A stretch of DNA of 64,000 nucleotides from Nitrososphaerota archaeon (GCA_041641305.1 JBEPYN010000002.1:160001-224000), one strand, 5' to 3'. Shown: positions 1 to 10,396, numbered from the stretch's first letter. A program made the numbers and translations. Notes: generated by a model from the sequence alone, not told the origin.

Positions 1-1
1 A

Positions 2-292
2 AGTCTCGTCGTCGAGGTCGAGGGAGTCTCCAAAGGAAAAACCGTAACCTACACAATATACACCATGATGAGCCATGAGCAAGCCAACAAATTGTTCAGA
101 GTAAACGCGACCGCTTACCTGACAGGCACCGTACCCGCGGTCGTCGCGTCAATGATTGCGAGAGGAGAGATTGATGAGGTTGGTGTCCGTGTTCCCGAGC
201 AGCTTGACCCTGTTCCAATAGTTGAGCGTCTTGCACGCCGCGAGATATTGAGTTACGTGGAGTCTTCTGAGGAAAAGTTATTGGCGGAGTAG
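2..292 (+). CDS. Saccharopine dehydrogenase / carboxy(nor)spermidine dehydrogenase family protein, C-terminal part (5' truncated by window edge)
   Basis: Frame is open from nt 2 (SLVVEVEGVSKGK...ATAYLTGTVPAVVASMIARGEI...GVRVPEQLDP), matching the C-terminal signature of the family (T-G-x-P, GV-x-x-PE-x-LDP). Confidence 0.7.
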   Translation, partial: SLVVEVEGVSKGKTVTYTIYTMMSHEQANKLFRVNATAYLTGTVPAVVASMIARGEIDEVGVRVPEQLDPVPIVERLARREILSYVESSEEKLLAE

Positions 293-307
293 TCTGCGTC
301 TCTGTTC

Positions 308-1429
308 ATGGATAGCGACCGTGCTCTCCAGCTTTTGGAGAGGCTTGTCGCTGTTCCAAGCCTTTCGGGGCATGAGGAAAAGGTTTGCGACCTTGTAGCC
401 GAACATGTGGAGTCTCTGGGGTTTGTTGTCGAGAGGCAGGAGGTGTATAAGACGGGGTATAACGTGGTGACGAGGCTCGGCGACGGCGGTGATGTGCTTT
501 TCTGCGGCCATCTCGACGTGGTTCCCGAGTATGATATGGTTGACGCTTTCAGACCACGGGTTGTCGGAGACAAGCTCTACGGCCGTGGTGCATGCGACAT
601 GAAGGGTGGAGTGGTTTCCCTGCTTCTTCTGCTCGAGGGCCTCCTACAAATGGAGCCTGAGCCGAACGTCTCGTTTGCGTTCGTGGTTGATGAGGAGATG
701 TATGGACGTGGGGCGGCTGAGCTTATGCGTCGTGGAACACGTGCCAAGATATGCATAATTACCGAGCCAACCAGCAACCTAATCTGCGTGGGCAACGCGT
801 CATGCATGGAGTTTAGGTTAACAGCGTCGGGTAAAAGCGGCCACGGAGCCTCACGCGCAGATGGCAACGCAGTCAAGTCACTTATGAGGTTCTACGAAAT
901 TTTTGAAAAACGGCTGATGACGGAGCTTGACGTAAGAGGCTCTGAGTTTCCGATGTCTCCTATCATTAACCTTGAAAGGTTTGAGGGCGGCATTGGTGGC
1001 TGGTTCATTCCATCCAAGGCCTTCTGCGAAGTATTGGTTCACATGCATCCCACGATAAGCTACAGAGAAGGCTTAGATGTTGTCCGTAAGCTGGTTGGGG
1101 AGACTGCGGCGGAGCTTGGAAGCTCTGTTGAGCTGACCATGCTCCATGGATGCGACGGATTCATCTTACCGCGGGAAAACCAGTTTCTCAAGCTACTTCA
1201 GCAGGCCTACAGCGTGGAAACGGGTCAGCAGCCCAAGACAGGTTTAATCGAGTCAGAGACTGATGGGAACGCACTCTACCACAAGGGAGGCATACCCTGC
1301 ATCGTCTACGGCCCCGGCGACATATCATACGCACACTCCAGCCAAGAACACGTCTCCATAGGAGATGTTACAGCCTGCTACAAGGTGCTTAAACGTTTCG
1401 TTGAAATGGTCAGCAATTCGCGCAACTGA
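308..1429 (+). CDS. M20/ArgE-DapE family metallo-amidohydrolase
   Basis: GHLDVV, GRGACDMKGG, DEE, EPT and C-terminal GPG...AH..EH motifs. Confidence 0.9.
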   Translation: MDSDRALQLLERLVAVPSLSGHEEKVCDLVAEHVESLGFVVERQEVYKTGYNVVTRLGDGGDVLFCGHLDVVPEYDMVDAFRPRVVGDKLYGRGACDMKGGVVSLLLLLEGLLQMEPEPNVSFAFVVDEEMYGRGAAELMRRGTRAKICIITEPTSNLICVGNASCMEFRLTASGKSGHGASRADGNAVKSLMRFYEIFEKRLMTELDVRGSEFPMSPIINLERFEGGIGGWFIPSKAFCEVLVHMHPTISYREGLDVVRKLVGETAAELGSSVELTMLHGCDGFILPRENQFLKLLQQAYSVETGQQPKTGLIESETDGNALYHKGGIPCIVYGPGDISYAHSSQEHVSIGDVTACYKVLKRFVEMVSNSRN

Positions 1430-1463
1430 TATAAGCAGCTGTATCAATAAATTTTTGAGACCC

Positions 1464-2828
1464 TTGTCGGATAAAACGTTTCTGGAAAAGTTTCTCTCCA
1501 TTACAAAGCGTAGCAAAGCCCTTTACGACGAGGCCCTCGGACTAACACCACACGGCGTTCACAGCAATTGGCGGATCTTCGACCCCTACCCGCTCTTCAT
1601 GAACAGGGGGAAGGGCTCGCGGATATGGGACGCGGATGGAAACGAGTATCTTGACTATAACATGGCTTTCGGGGCCCTCGGCGTCGGGCATGCCCATCCT
1701 GTTCTCGTTGAGGAGGTGAAGAAAGTTATCGAGAACGGTACAATCTATGGTTTCGAGACGGAGGCGTCGGTTAAGACGGCGAAGGTTTTGACTGAGAGGT
1801 TTGGCTACGAGAGGGTTCGGTTTGCCACCACCGGTCTTGAGGCGACGCTGCTTGCTGTAAGGCTTGCACGCGCCTTTACTGGACGCAAAAAGATTCTGAA
1901 GTTTGAGGGATGTTTTCATGGGACGCATGAGCCGCTGATGGTGAGCGTCAAGCCAAGCATCTACAGAGCAGGTCATCCTAAGACACCAAACTCCGTGCCC
2001 GCAAGCATGGGAATGCCGCAGGAGTTCGCAGACCTCGTCATAGCAGCGCCCTATGGAGACCTCGACGCAGTGGAGAAAATCATGCAGAAACATGGAAACG
2101 AGGTCGCGGGCATCATCCTCGAGCCAATAGCCATGAACATGGGTGTTGTAATACCCAGTATAGAGTTTCTAAAAGGGTTGCGGCAGTTCGCCGACGAATA
2201 CAACTCGCTCCTCATATTTGACGAGGTGAAGACAAGCGGCAAGTTTTACAGGGGCGTGCAGGAGTGGTGCGGGGTGAAAGGCGACATCATGGTTACGGCG
2301 AAGTCAATCGCAGGCGGATACCCGTTTTCAGCAGTTTTATCCAGTAAAGAGGTGTTCGAAGTTGTGGGCCCGAACAAGACCGCCCACGGCGGAACCTTCA
2401 ACTCCAACCCGCTATCGGTAAACGCCGCCCACGTCACACTCACAAAAATACTCACCGAGGAAAACCTCCGCCACGCCCAAAACCTCAGCAAACAACTCGC
2501 CAACGGGTACGGAGACATCCTCGAAGACGCGAAAATCGACCACAACATATCACACATAGCAACAAGCGGAACAATCTACTTCACACAACACCCTATACGC
2601 AACTGGCGCGAATTCGTTAGACACAACGATTTTGGAAGATGGCTGGCATGGGTTCTCGGAATGCTCACAAACGGCGTGCTTCCACAGGCGCTGGGCTATG
2701 ATGAGCAGTGGACCGTCTCCGTCCAGCACAGCAAAGAAGACATAGAAACCACGTTGGAGGTGATGAAAAACGTCGTTACAAGCCTCCGAGAATCACGGCT
2801 CCAGATTGGTGTTGAGGAAGTTCTCTGA
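1464..2828 (+). CDS. Class III PLP aminotransferase, glutamate-1-semialdehyde aminomutase-like paralog
   Basis: GSRIWDADGNEYLDY, FEGCFHG, LIFDEVKT, AKSIAGG (PLP Lys), HGGTFNSNP. Start placed at in-frame TTG 1464; the ORF-track start at 1365 overlaps the previous gene. Confidence 0.85.
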   Translation: MSDKTFLEKFLSITKRSKALYDEALGLTPHGVHSNWRIFDPYPLFMNRGKGSRIWDADGNEYLDYNMAFGALGVGHAHPVLVEEVKKVIENGTIYGFETEASVKTAKVLTERFGYERVRFATTGLEATLLAVRLARAFTGRKKILKFEGCFHGTHEPLMVSVKPSIYRAGHPKTPNSVPASMGMPQEFADLVIAAPYGDLDAVEKIMQKHGNEVAGIILEPIAMNMGVVIPSIEFLKGLRQFADEYNSLLIFDEVKTSGKFYRGVQEWCGVKGDIMVTAKSIAGGYPFSAVLSSKEVFEVVGPNKTAHGGTFNSNPLSVNAAHVTLTKILTEENLRHAQNLSKQLANGYGDILEDAKIDHNISHIATSGTIYFTQHPIRNWREFVRHNDFGRWLAWVLGMLTNGVLPQALGYDEQWTVSVQHSKEDIETTLEVMKNVVTSLRESRLQIGVEEVL

Positions 2829-2873
2829 AAAAACTTTATTCCGGGAATACGTCGCATTTGTAGAAGCGTAGAC

Positions 2874-3944
2874 ATGGCAGAGGTAGAGATAAGAAACGTC
2901 AAGAAAGTCTACGAAGGCGGGGTAGAGGCACTGCGGGGAGTGAGCCTCGCCATCGAGAAAAACGAGTTCTTCTCCCTACTGGGGCCAAGCGGCTGTGGAA
3001 AAACAACGCTTCTCCGCATTATCGCGGGGCTTGAGCAACAGGATGAGGGCGAGGTGATGATAGGTGGGAGAAACGTTGACAACGTCCCACCACACAAACG
3101 TGGAGTTGGACTGGTTTTCCAAGGAACGGCCATCTTCCCCCACATGACGGTGTATGACAACATAGCGTTCGGTCTCAAAATGAGGAAGTATCCGCGGCAG
3201 GAGATACGGGAAAGGATACGAAACATCCTTGAGCTGATGAACATGCCTTTCGAGAAATATGCGTGGAAGAAGTCGCATCAGCTCAGCGGCGGCGAGAGAC
3301 AGCGTGTCGAGATAGCGCGGTCGCTTGTTATTGAGCCGAAGGTGCTGCTGCTCGACGAGCCTCTTGGGCCGCTGGACCTCAAGATAAGGCAGAAGATGCA
3401 GCTGGAGCTTAAGCGGCTTCAGAAAAAGGTTGGCACAACATTTATCTATGTTACACATGACCAGACAGAGGCCTTCGCGATGTCCGACAGGATAGCGGTC
3501 ATGGAGAAGGGGCTTGTAGTACAGTTGGGTGCGCCCGAGGAGATTTACAGAAGGCCTGTGAGCAGGTTTGTCGCAGACTTCATCGGGGAAACCAACCTGA
3601 TAGAGGGAGAGGTTGAGGAGGATGGTCTCTTTGTGGCGGAGGGGCTGCCTCCTGTGAGAATCTCCCAAGAGGCTGCGGATGGCTTGGTTGGGAAGAGGGT
3701 TTACCTATCCATCAGACCCGAGCGCATTTACCTCGGCAACTCCGTGGACACAGAGAACAAGCTCACAGGCCCGGTTGTTGACAAAACCTACATGGGCCCC
3801 TACACCATGCTTAAGATTGGAGTAGGCGGCGACATGCTGCTGACCGTCCATGTCCGAGAACCCGACCTACTCCAGAGCATCAAAGTCGGCGACCGTGTCT
3901 CAATAGGCTGGAAAGCCTCAGACTCTTACCTCATAGAGAGATGA
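2874..3944 (+). CDS. potA: Polyamine-type ABC transporter ATP-binding subunit
   Basis: Walker A GPSGCGKT, LSGGERQR, LLLDEP, YVTHDQ, C-terminal TOBE region; overlaps the permease gene (ATGA). Confidence 0.88.
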   Translation: MAEVEIRNVKKVYEGGVEALRGVSLAIEKNEFFSLLGPSGCGKTTLLRIIAGLEQQDEGEVMIGGRNVDNVPPHKRGVGLVFQGTAIFPHMTVYDNIAFGLKMRKYPRQEIRERIRNILELMNMPFEKYAWKKSHQLSGGERQRVEIARSLVIEPKVLLLDEPLGPLDLKIRQKMQLELKRLQKKVGTTFIYVTHDQTEAFAMSDRIAVMEKGLVVQLGAPEEIYRRPVSRFVADFIGETNLIEGEVEEDGLFVAEGLPPVRISQEAADGLVGKRVYLSIRPERIYLGNSVDTENKLTGPVVDKTYMGPYTMLKIGVGGDMLLTVHVREPDLLQSIKVGDRVSIGWKASDSYLIER

Positions 3945-4810
3945 AGACGATGAAGCAGAGGAGGAAAACGGGGCTAATACTGTTGCTTCTTCTCCCGCCT
4001 TTTCTATTCTACATCAGCTTCTTCCTCGCCCCGTTTCTCACCGTTGTGGGTGTCAGCGTCGGCCTCATATTACCGAGCGAAGCACAGCAGGCACGCGGCG
4101 AGGTCATCACACTACGCTATTTCCAAGACGCGTTGGACCCCATCTTCATTCGAGTTCTCAGCCGGTCTCTTCTCTTCGCCCTCGCGACTTCAGCGGGATG
4201 CGTCTTGCTCGGCTTTCCCGTGGCATACTTCATAGCATTCAAAGGAGGCCGGTACAAAAACTTCCTCATACTCCTCGTCATCCTTCCTCTCTGGGTAACC
4301 TTCGTGCTTAGAGCCTATGCTGTTCTCTCACTTCTCGGACCCGAGGGGGTCGTCAACTCATTTCTCATGAACCTCGGAGTAATCAAGCAGCCCCTCTACC
4401 TCATCTACAATGAGTTCGCCGTCATGCTGGGGATGCTCTACGGATACCTGCCCTTCATGATACTCCCCCTCTATGCAAGCCTCGAAAAAATAAGCAAAAC
4501 AGTGGTCGAAGCAGCGCGAGCGCTCGGCGCAGGCCCTTTCACAGCATTTCTCAAGGTAACACTGCCGCTTAGCAAGCCTGGACTAGTCGCGGGAACGCTC
4601 CTCACCTTCATTCCCGCCGCCGGAGAATTCATCATCCCATCTTTCCTCGGAGGCCCCAACGAGGTTTTCGTGGGAACCATGATTTACTCCGCCTTCATCT
4701 CAGCACGTAACTGGAACTGGGGCTCGGCGCTTTCGCTGGTCTACATCGCGCTGGTCATCGTCGGCGTAACCCTCTACATGCGATACTCGAAAGAGGAGTT
4801 GACGATATGA
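3941..4810 (+). CDS. potB: Polyamine-type ABC transporter permease I
   Basis: Hydrophobic; YLPFMILPLYASLEKI...EAARALGA EAA loop; NW..GSAL. Confidence 0.85.
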   Translation: MKTMKQRRKTGLILLLLLPPFLFYISFFLAPFLTVVGVSVGLILPSEAQQARGEVITLRYFQDALDPIFIRVLSRSLLFALATSAGCVLLGFPVAYFIAFKGGRYKNFLILLVILPLWVTFVLRAYAVLSLLGPEGVVNSFLMNLGVIKQPLYLIYNEFAVMLGMLYGYLPFMILPLYASLEKISKTVVEAARALGAGPFTAFLKVTLPLSKPGLVAGTLLTFIPAAGEFIIPSFLGGPNEVFVGTMIYSAFISARNWNWGSALSLVYIALVIVGVTLYMRYSKEELTI

Positions 4811-5580
4811 AGGCGGGAGATATTCTGCTCAAGATTGTTGTCGTCCTCATTTTCCTGTTTCTCTACGCTCCGCTGGCTGCGATGGTCATCGGCTCTTTCA
4901 ACGCGGGACGCACTATTGTGGAGTGGGTTGGCTTCACTTTTGACTGGTATGTGAGAGCGTTCTCCAACGAGAGGATATTGGCCGCTGTTTACAATAGTTT
5001 CTGGGTGGCGGCTATCGTGTCTCTCTCAGCGGTGGTGCTGGCTCTTCTCGCGGCGGTGGCTGTGTCGAGGCTTTCGCCACGTATCCAGACCGGCGTCAAC
5101 AACGTCTTCTACCTCTCTATCGTGGTGCCTGAGATTGCGGAGGCTTTGACCATTGTTCTCTTCTTTCTCTGGGTGAATGTGCCGCTTGGCGTCGGCGCGG
5201 TCATCATAGGTCATCTGGTCTGGTTTCCGCTGGTCTATGTTGTTGTGAGGGCGCGTATGGCTGGGCTTCCGAGGGTTTACGAAGATGCTGCACGTGTGCT
5301 GGGTGCATCGGGGCTGCGGACTTTCTTCAGCGTGACGCTGCCGCTGCTCATGCCTGGCGTAATCACAGGCGGTCTCCTAATCTTCACATGGTCATGGGAC
5401 AGCTTCATCAAAACACAGTTCACACGAGGCCCCGGATTCGAAACCCTTCCAGTCTACATTTGGAACGCGGTCGGTGGCCGTGGAAGAGGCATATCGCCCG
5501 AGGTTAACGCAGTTGCTACTGTCTCCCTGCTCGTCTCGGTGACCCTTGCAATTCTTTACACACGCTTTAGGTCACGGTAG
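4807..5580 (+). CDS. potC: Polyamine-type ABC transporter permease II
   Basis: FLYAPL...SFN, FTFDWY, EDAARVLGA, TLP...ISPEVNA, all typical of PotC. Confidence 0.85.
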   Translation: MKAGDILLKIVVVLIFLFLYAPLAAMVIGSFNAGRTIVEWVGFTFDWYVRAFSNERILAAVYNSFWVAAIVSLSAVVLALLAAVAVSRLSPRIQTGVNNVFYLSIVVPEIAEALTIVLFFLWVNVPLGVGAVIIGHLVWFPLVYVVVRARMAGLPRVYEDAARVLGASGLRTFFSVTLPLLMPGVITGGLLIFTWSWDSFIKTQFTRGPGFETLPVYIWNAVGGRGRGISPEVNAVATVSLLVSVTLAILYTRFRSR

Positions 5581-6804
5581 CTAAGCAGCCAAAACTTCGA
5601 GCCACGCCTTAGTCAACATCTCCTTCTGCTCAGGCGTCCTGTTCAGCCACATCTCATATTTCGCGATGACCTCTGGCGGCGGGTAGATGCTCGTGTCTTC
5701 CTTCATGTAGTCTGGCAGCATCTCGTAGGCGAGGCTGTTGGGTGTGACGAGGCTGTTGTAGAGAACGTGCGCCACCTGGACAGCGGGTTCGAGCAGGTAG
5801 TTCATCAGAGCGTATGCCGCGTCAAGGTTCTTTGCTGACTTGGGAATGACAAGCGAGTCCTCCCAAATCTCTGAACCCTCTACAGGGGCGACGTAATCCA
5901 CGTTGTTGGCCGAGTCCTGCCAAACCCATGTCTCACTCACCCAGAAACGCGCCTCCTCGAGGCCGGGCACAAACTCTGAGGGCCCTGCGTAAGTCGCTAT
6001 GTGAGGCTTCTGCTGAATCAGTATCTCCTTTGCCTCATTTATGTTCTCGGGAGTGATGTCGTTTATCGACTTGCCCATAACCGCTTTGATGACGACGGGG
6101 ATTGTTTCGACGCCTCCGGGGATGATGGTGGCTGTTTTCACTCCGTCCCGTGGACTGTACTTGGGGAGGAAGTGGTCAAAGTCGAAGAGCGAGTCCCTGA
6201 AGCCTGTGGGCCAATCCTCCTCAGCTATTTTGTCGGTTCTGAAGGACACCCCGGTTGTGCCGAGCTCTATGGGCACGGAGTAGCCTCTATCGGGGTCGAA
6301 GGGTGGGTTGAGGATGTCTTTTATGAAGCCTGTGAAAGCGTATCTCTTGAAGTTGGGTATGCGGTTGAGGTCGAGCTTGGTGAGGTAGCGTTCATGCTCC
6401 GCCCGCGTCATGCCTCCCATGGTTACCGAGGTTACGTCATATTGCATCTGGCCCGTGAAAAGCTTGGCGTAAACCTCGTCGCTGCTCTCAAAGGTGTCGA
6501 AAATCACTTTCACACCGGTTTTCTCCTCGAAGAATGTTAACAACTGCTCGGGAAGGGTTTCGGACCAGAAGTAGAACCTTACCTCCTTGTCCTTTATCTC
6601 ATACTGGGCGAGCTTTTCCTTCAACTCGTTTATCTCAGCCTCGAGGGCGCGTATGGTCTCGTTTGCTGCTGTCGTGGCCTGTCTCTCCAACTCACTGCGC
6701 GTAATCTGCGACCCCGCAACATATCCGCCCGCAGCGCCAACTATGCCTGCCGCGACAATTGACCCAACCGTCCTGAAGAAAGAACGTCTCGAAACCTCTG
6801 ACAT
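5581..6804 (-). CDS. potD: Polyamine-binding (PotD/PotF-like) solute-binding protein with twin-arginine signal
   Basis: SRRSFF Tat motif plus hydrophobic helix and coiled linker; FEEKTGVKV, PFDP...YSVP, EGSEIWEDSLVIPK, IYPP motifs. Confidence 0.82.
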   Translation of the reverse strand: MSEVSRRSFFRTVGSIVAAGIVGAAGGYVAGSQITRSELERQATTAANETIRALEAEINELKEKLAQYEIKDKEVRFYFWSETLPEQLLTFFEEKTGVKVIFDTFESSDEVYAKLFTGQMQYDVTSVTMGGMTRAEHERYLTKLDLNRIPNFKRYAFTGFIKDILNPPFDPDRGYSVPIELGTTGVSFRTDKIAEEDWPTGFRDSLFDFDHFLPKYSPRDGVKTATIIPGGVETIPVVIKAVMGKSINDITPENINEAKEILIQQKPHIATYAGPSEFVPGLEEARFWVSETWVWQDSANNVDYVAPVEGSEIWEDSLVIPKSAKNLDAAYALMNYLLEPAVQVAHVLYNSLVTPNSLAYEMLPDYMKEDTSIYPPPEVIAKYEMWLNRTPEQKEMLTKAWLEVLAA

Positions 6805-6850
6805 TATTGAAATGACAGGCTGAACGCTTATAAATTTTTTCGCAAATCCA

Positions 6851-8014
6851 TTATGCCGGGTATTCAGTTGACGTAGTTTTTATGCCGTGTGCAGCAACTT
6901 GTTCCAGAAAAGTCTCGTGGTCTATGCATGTCTCGGGCGGCACAACGCCTCTCTGCTTAACCTCTCCCTCTGCTATCATCATCGCGGCTATCGAGGAGGG
7001 TATGCCTACGCCTGTTTGGGCGCAGCTCATTCTCCACTCGGGCTTCGGCGGAAAAACTATGTCATAAACAAGTTTCACGCTTTTTCCTGATTTTTTGCCG
7101 TGTATGATGAGACGTGTTATCTCCCAGTCGTTGGGTGTCTGGTCGCCTCTGTAGCCGAGTAGGCCGCGTTGCTCCAGCAGCTTGAGGAGAAACCTTCGCG
7201 GAGAAACCTTCACGCCGTCAACATCAATTTCCTCGGAGGATGCGAAGCCCATGTCGGCGAGTTTCTTGACAAATAGAAGCTCAGCACTACCTTCCATCCA
7301 GTCACACTCCTTCAAACCCTTGTCGTGGAAGCTTCTGGGAAAAGTCGCCAGCTCGGAGTGTATCGTGATGTATGTGTCCAGAGGGCCAACCGGAGGCGGA
7401 AAATCAACCCTCTCCATCAGGCTCAGCGGCGGCACGGAGACGATGCGGCCGTCGCGTAGCACGACGGCGTCGAGCGTCATCTCGTCGAAGAGTGTGAGAG
7501 GCGACCATGTGAAGAGAGGCGGGTTTTCGGTGAGGTCGGCTGAGCCGTCCCTGATGTAGACCGCCCGCATTTCATCCAACTGGTCGTAGGCGTGTTTTGC
7601 GACGAGGTTGGTCAACCCCGGCTGGGCGCCCATGCCAACCAAGGCTGTCAAACCCCTGGACCTGAACAAGTCATCAAGCTCAAGCTGTTTCAACGTAACG
7701 TGGTAGAGGCCGCCGTGGTCAACATAGTGGACACCGGCCTGCAAAGCAGCCTTCATCACATCGATGTTGAAGTAGTACTGGACAGCGTTGATGACGACGT
7801 CGCATCCCCTGATAAACGCGGCGGTCTCCTCAACGTTTCGCACATCGATTTTCGCGATGGATAGTTTCTCGCTTTTGACGCTGTTCGCGAGCTTATCAAG
7901 AGCCTTTGGGTTGAAGTCGCCCACACGGACATCGGAGACCTTCTTGTTCTCGAGAAGGTTTCTAACAGCTGCCTGGCCCGTTAAACCTGCTCCACCCAGA
8001 ACAGCTATCCTCAT
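6851..8014 (-). CDS. Saccharopine dehydrogenase / lysine 6-dehydrogenase family oxidoreductase
   Basis: N-terminal Rossmann GGAGLTG, HYVD.GG, GMGAQPGLTN, HSELAT, GVVPPE. Confidence 0.85.
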   Translation of the reverse strand: MRIAVLGGAGLTGQAAVRNLLENKKVSDVRVGDFNPKALDKLANSVKSEKLSIAKIDVRNVEETAAFIRGCDVVINAVQYYFNIDVMKAALQAGVHYVDHGGLYHVTLKQLELDDLFRSRGLTALVGMGAQPGLTNLVAKHAYDQLDEMRAVYIRDGSADLTENPPLFTWSPLTLFDEMTLDAVVLRDGRIVSVPPLSLMERVDFPPPVGPLDTYITIHSELATFPRSFHDKGLKECDWMEGSAELLFVKKLADMGFASSEEIDVDGVKVSPRRFLLKLLEQRGLLGYRGDQTPNDWEITRLIIHGKKSGKSVKLVYDIVFPPKPEWRMSCAQTGVGIPSSIAAMMIAEGEVKQRGVVPPETCIDHETFLEQVAAHGIKTTSTEYPA

Positions 8015-8031
8015 ACCTATCCCTGAGGAGA

Positions 8032-10323
8032 CTATTGTCTCGGGCCTGTGTTTGCAAGTTTCCAGACCACATAGGGTGTGAGCGGTGTTTTCTCTATGTG
8101 TACTCCGTGGGGTGAGAGGGCGTCTTCTACAGCGTTTACGATGGCTTGTGTGAAGCCGATGGTCGCAAGCTCACCCACACCCTTTGTGCCGAGCGGATTG
8201 GGCGCAGGTGTCTCGGTGCGTTCGAGAATCATGGGCGGGGCTTCGGCGGCGCTTGGGATGAGGTAGTCGGCGAAAGAGCTTGTGAGCAATGCTCCGTTTT
8301 CGCCGTAGACAACCTCCTCAAAGAGGGCTTGGCCAAGTGCTTGAACCGCTCCACCGTGTATCTGTCCTTCGACCAGCATGGGGTTGACGACTTTGCCGAC
8401 GTCGTTGACGAGGTAGGCTTTCTTGACCTCGACCCTACCTGTCTCGGGGTAGACCTCGACGAGGGCTAGGTATGCGCCGTATGGGAAGGTTAGCTCGGGG
8501 TTGTAGAAGCTCGTCGCAGCAAGCCCCATCTCCACATCCTCCGGCAGCTTCTCCGGGTCATAAGCCATGGACGCTACCTCTTCGAAGGAGAGGCTTTTCT
8601 CGGGCGCGTCCTTTACGTAGAACTTGCCGTCCTCGAGTGCTATGTCATCGGGGCTGCATTCAAGGTTTTTTGCCGCTATCTTCACCATCTTCGCCCTAAG
8701 CTGGTTGCATGCATTAAGTATGGCGTTGCCTCCCGATGTGAGTGTCCAGCTGCCCGCAGTCCCCCATCCATAGGGAATTGCGAGGGTGTCGCCGTGGATG
8801 ACTTGGACATCATCCATAGAGACGGAGAAGACGTCTGCGACGAGTTGTGCAAAAGCTGTTTCCTCGCCTTGTCCGTGTGGGGAGGTGCTGGTGAAGACGA
8901 GTATTTTTCCGCTTGGCTCGATGCGGACAGATGCGCTCTGGTAAGAGAAGTTGCATACCTCGATGAAGGTTGAAAGCCCTATCCCCACATAGCGGCCCTG
9001 GCCCCGAAGCTCATCACGCATTCTCTTCAACGCAGGGTAGTCAGCCGAGTTGAGCAGAGTGTCCAACGCCTTTGCATAGTCTCCCGAGTCGTAGACAAAT
9101 CCTGTCAAGGTCTTATATGGGAGCTTGTCTGAGGGGATGAAGTTTCTGCGTCTGATTTCCGCCGGGTCTATGCCGAGTTTACGGGCTATGATCTCCATTG
9201 TTCTCTCGATGATGAAAGAGGCCTCGGGTCTGCCTGCTCCCCGATAAGCGTCTGTCGCCATCTTGTTTGTGTAAACTCCGATGACCTCGAGCTCGAGACC
9301 CTGTATCATGTAGCAGCCCTGAACCATCCTAGCAGCCATTATCGGGTTATCCTGCGTGTAGACATAGTTGTATGCGCCGAGGTCGGCCAAAAGCCTGAGA
9401 CGGAGAGCGAGAACCTCGCCACTTCTCTTAACGGCTGCTGAGACATAGGCTATCATGTCTCTGCCATGGGTGGTGGCTGCGAGGTTTTCACCACGTTCCT
9501 CAAACCATTTAACGGGCCTTCCCAGCTGCATAGCCAGATAAGGTATTATGATTTCTTCGGGGTAGTGGTTTAGCTTAGAGCCGAACCCTCCTCCAACCTC
9601 TGGCGCGATAACCCTCACCCTGTTCTCAGGCATGTTCAGCGATGTAGATATCCACGTACGGAGACGGTGCGGAAACTGTGTAGAAGACCAGACAGTCAGC
9701 ATCCTGTTGTAGCCGTCATAGTGGGCTACCACGCCGCGTGGCTCCATAGCCGACGGCGCAAGACGTTGAATAACAATACGTGCATTCACGGCCTCGTCAG
9801 CGTCGCTGAACAGCTTCTCAACATCGCCGTAAACCCTCCTCCACCTAAAGCAGACATTGTCTTCAAGCGTTTCATGAACACGTGGAGCATCTTTCTCGAG
9901 AGCCTTCTCCGGGTCTACCACGGCGGGGAGAGGCTCATACTCGACTTGGATAAGCTCTGCAGCGTCTTTAGCGGTGTATAGGTCCTCCGCCACAACCACG
10001 GCAACAGGCTCGCCCTGAAACTTGACAACATCGACTGCGAGCGGCTCACGTTTGACGAACCTCTCCTCATCCATTATGGTTTCAACAACCTGCGAACCCA
10101 CCTTTCCACTCAGGTCCCGACCCGTCAAAACCGCGACAACACCCTTGACTTTTTTCGCCGCCGAAACATCGATGGACTTTATTCTCGCATGTGCGTGAGG
10201 GCTTCTCACAAAAACCGCGTAAACCATACCCGGAAGCCTGATGTCATCGACATAGGTTGATTCCCCCTTTACGAGACGCGGGTCCTCCTTCCGCTTTACA
10301 GCCGAGCCCACTAGCTTGGCCAT
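8032..10323 (-). CDS. Xanthine dehydrogenase family molybdopterin-binding large subunit (CoxL form II / CutA-like aldehyde oxidoreductase)
   Basis: RKEDPRLV.G, GGGFGSK, AYRGAGRPE, HGQG, GQIHGG, KGVGE. Start taken at ATG 10323 (MAKLVG). Confidence 0.9.
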   Translation of the reverse strand: MAKLVGSAVKRKEDPRLVKGESTYVDDIRLPGMVYAVFVRSPHAHARIKSIDVSAAKKVKGVVAVLTGRDLSGKVGSQVVETIMDEERFVKREPLAVDVVKFQGEPVAVVVAEDLYTAKDAAELIQVEYEPLPAVVDPEKALEKDAPRVHETLEDNVCFRWRRVYGDVEKLFSDADEAVNARIVIQRLAPSAMEPRGVVAHYDGYNRMLTVWSSTQFPHRLRTWISTSLNMPENRVRVIAPEVGGGFGSKLNHYPEEIIIPYLAMQLGRPVKWFEERGENLAATTHGRDMIAYVSAAVKRSGEVLALRLRLLADLGAYNYVYTQDNPIMAARMVQGCYMIQGLELEVIGVYTNKMATDAYRGAGRPEASFIIERTMEIIARKLGIDPAEIRRRNFIPSDKLPYKTLTGFVYDSGDYAKALDTLLNSADYPALKRMRDELRGQGRYVGIGLSTFIEVCNFSYQSASVRIEPSGKILVFTSTSPHGQGEETAFAQLVADVFSVSMDDVQVIHGDTLAIPYGWGTAGSWTLTSGGNAILNACNQLRAKMVKIAAKNLECSPDDIALEDGKFYVKDAPEKSLSFEEVASMAYDPEKLPEDVEMGLAATSFYNPELTFPYGAYLALVEVYPETGRVEVKKAYLVNDVGKVVNPMLVEGQIHGGAVQALGQALFEEVVYGENGALLTSSFADYLIPSAAEAPPMILERTETPAPNPLGTKGVGELATIGFTQAIVNAVEDALSPHGVHIEKTPLTPYVVWKLANTGPRQ

Positions 10324-10396
10324 GTACTTATTTGAATAATGGCGGGTATAAAAAATTCCCGGCTCATAAATGTTATATCTCTGAGGGCTGTCTGAG

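Noticed and set aside
8032-10323. True aerobic CO dehydrogenase
   Set aside because: Lacks the AYxCSFR Cu-binding motif and has no coxM/S or accessory genes in the window.
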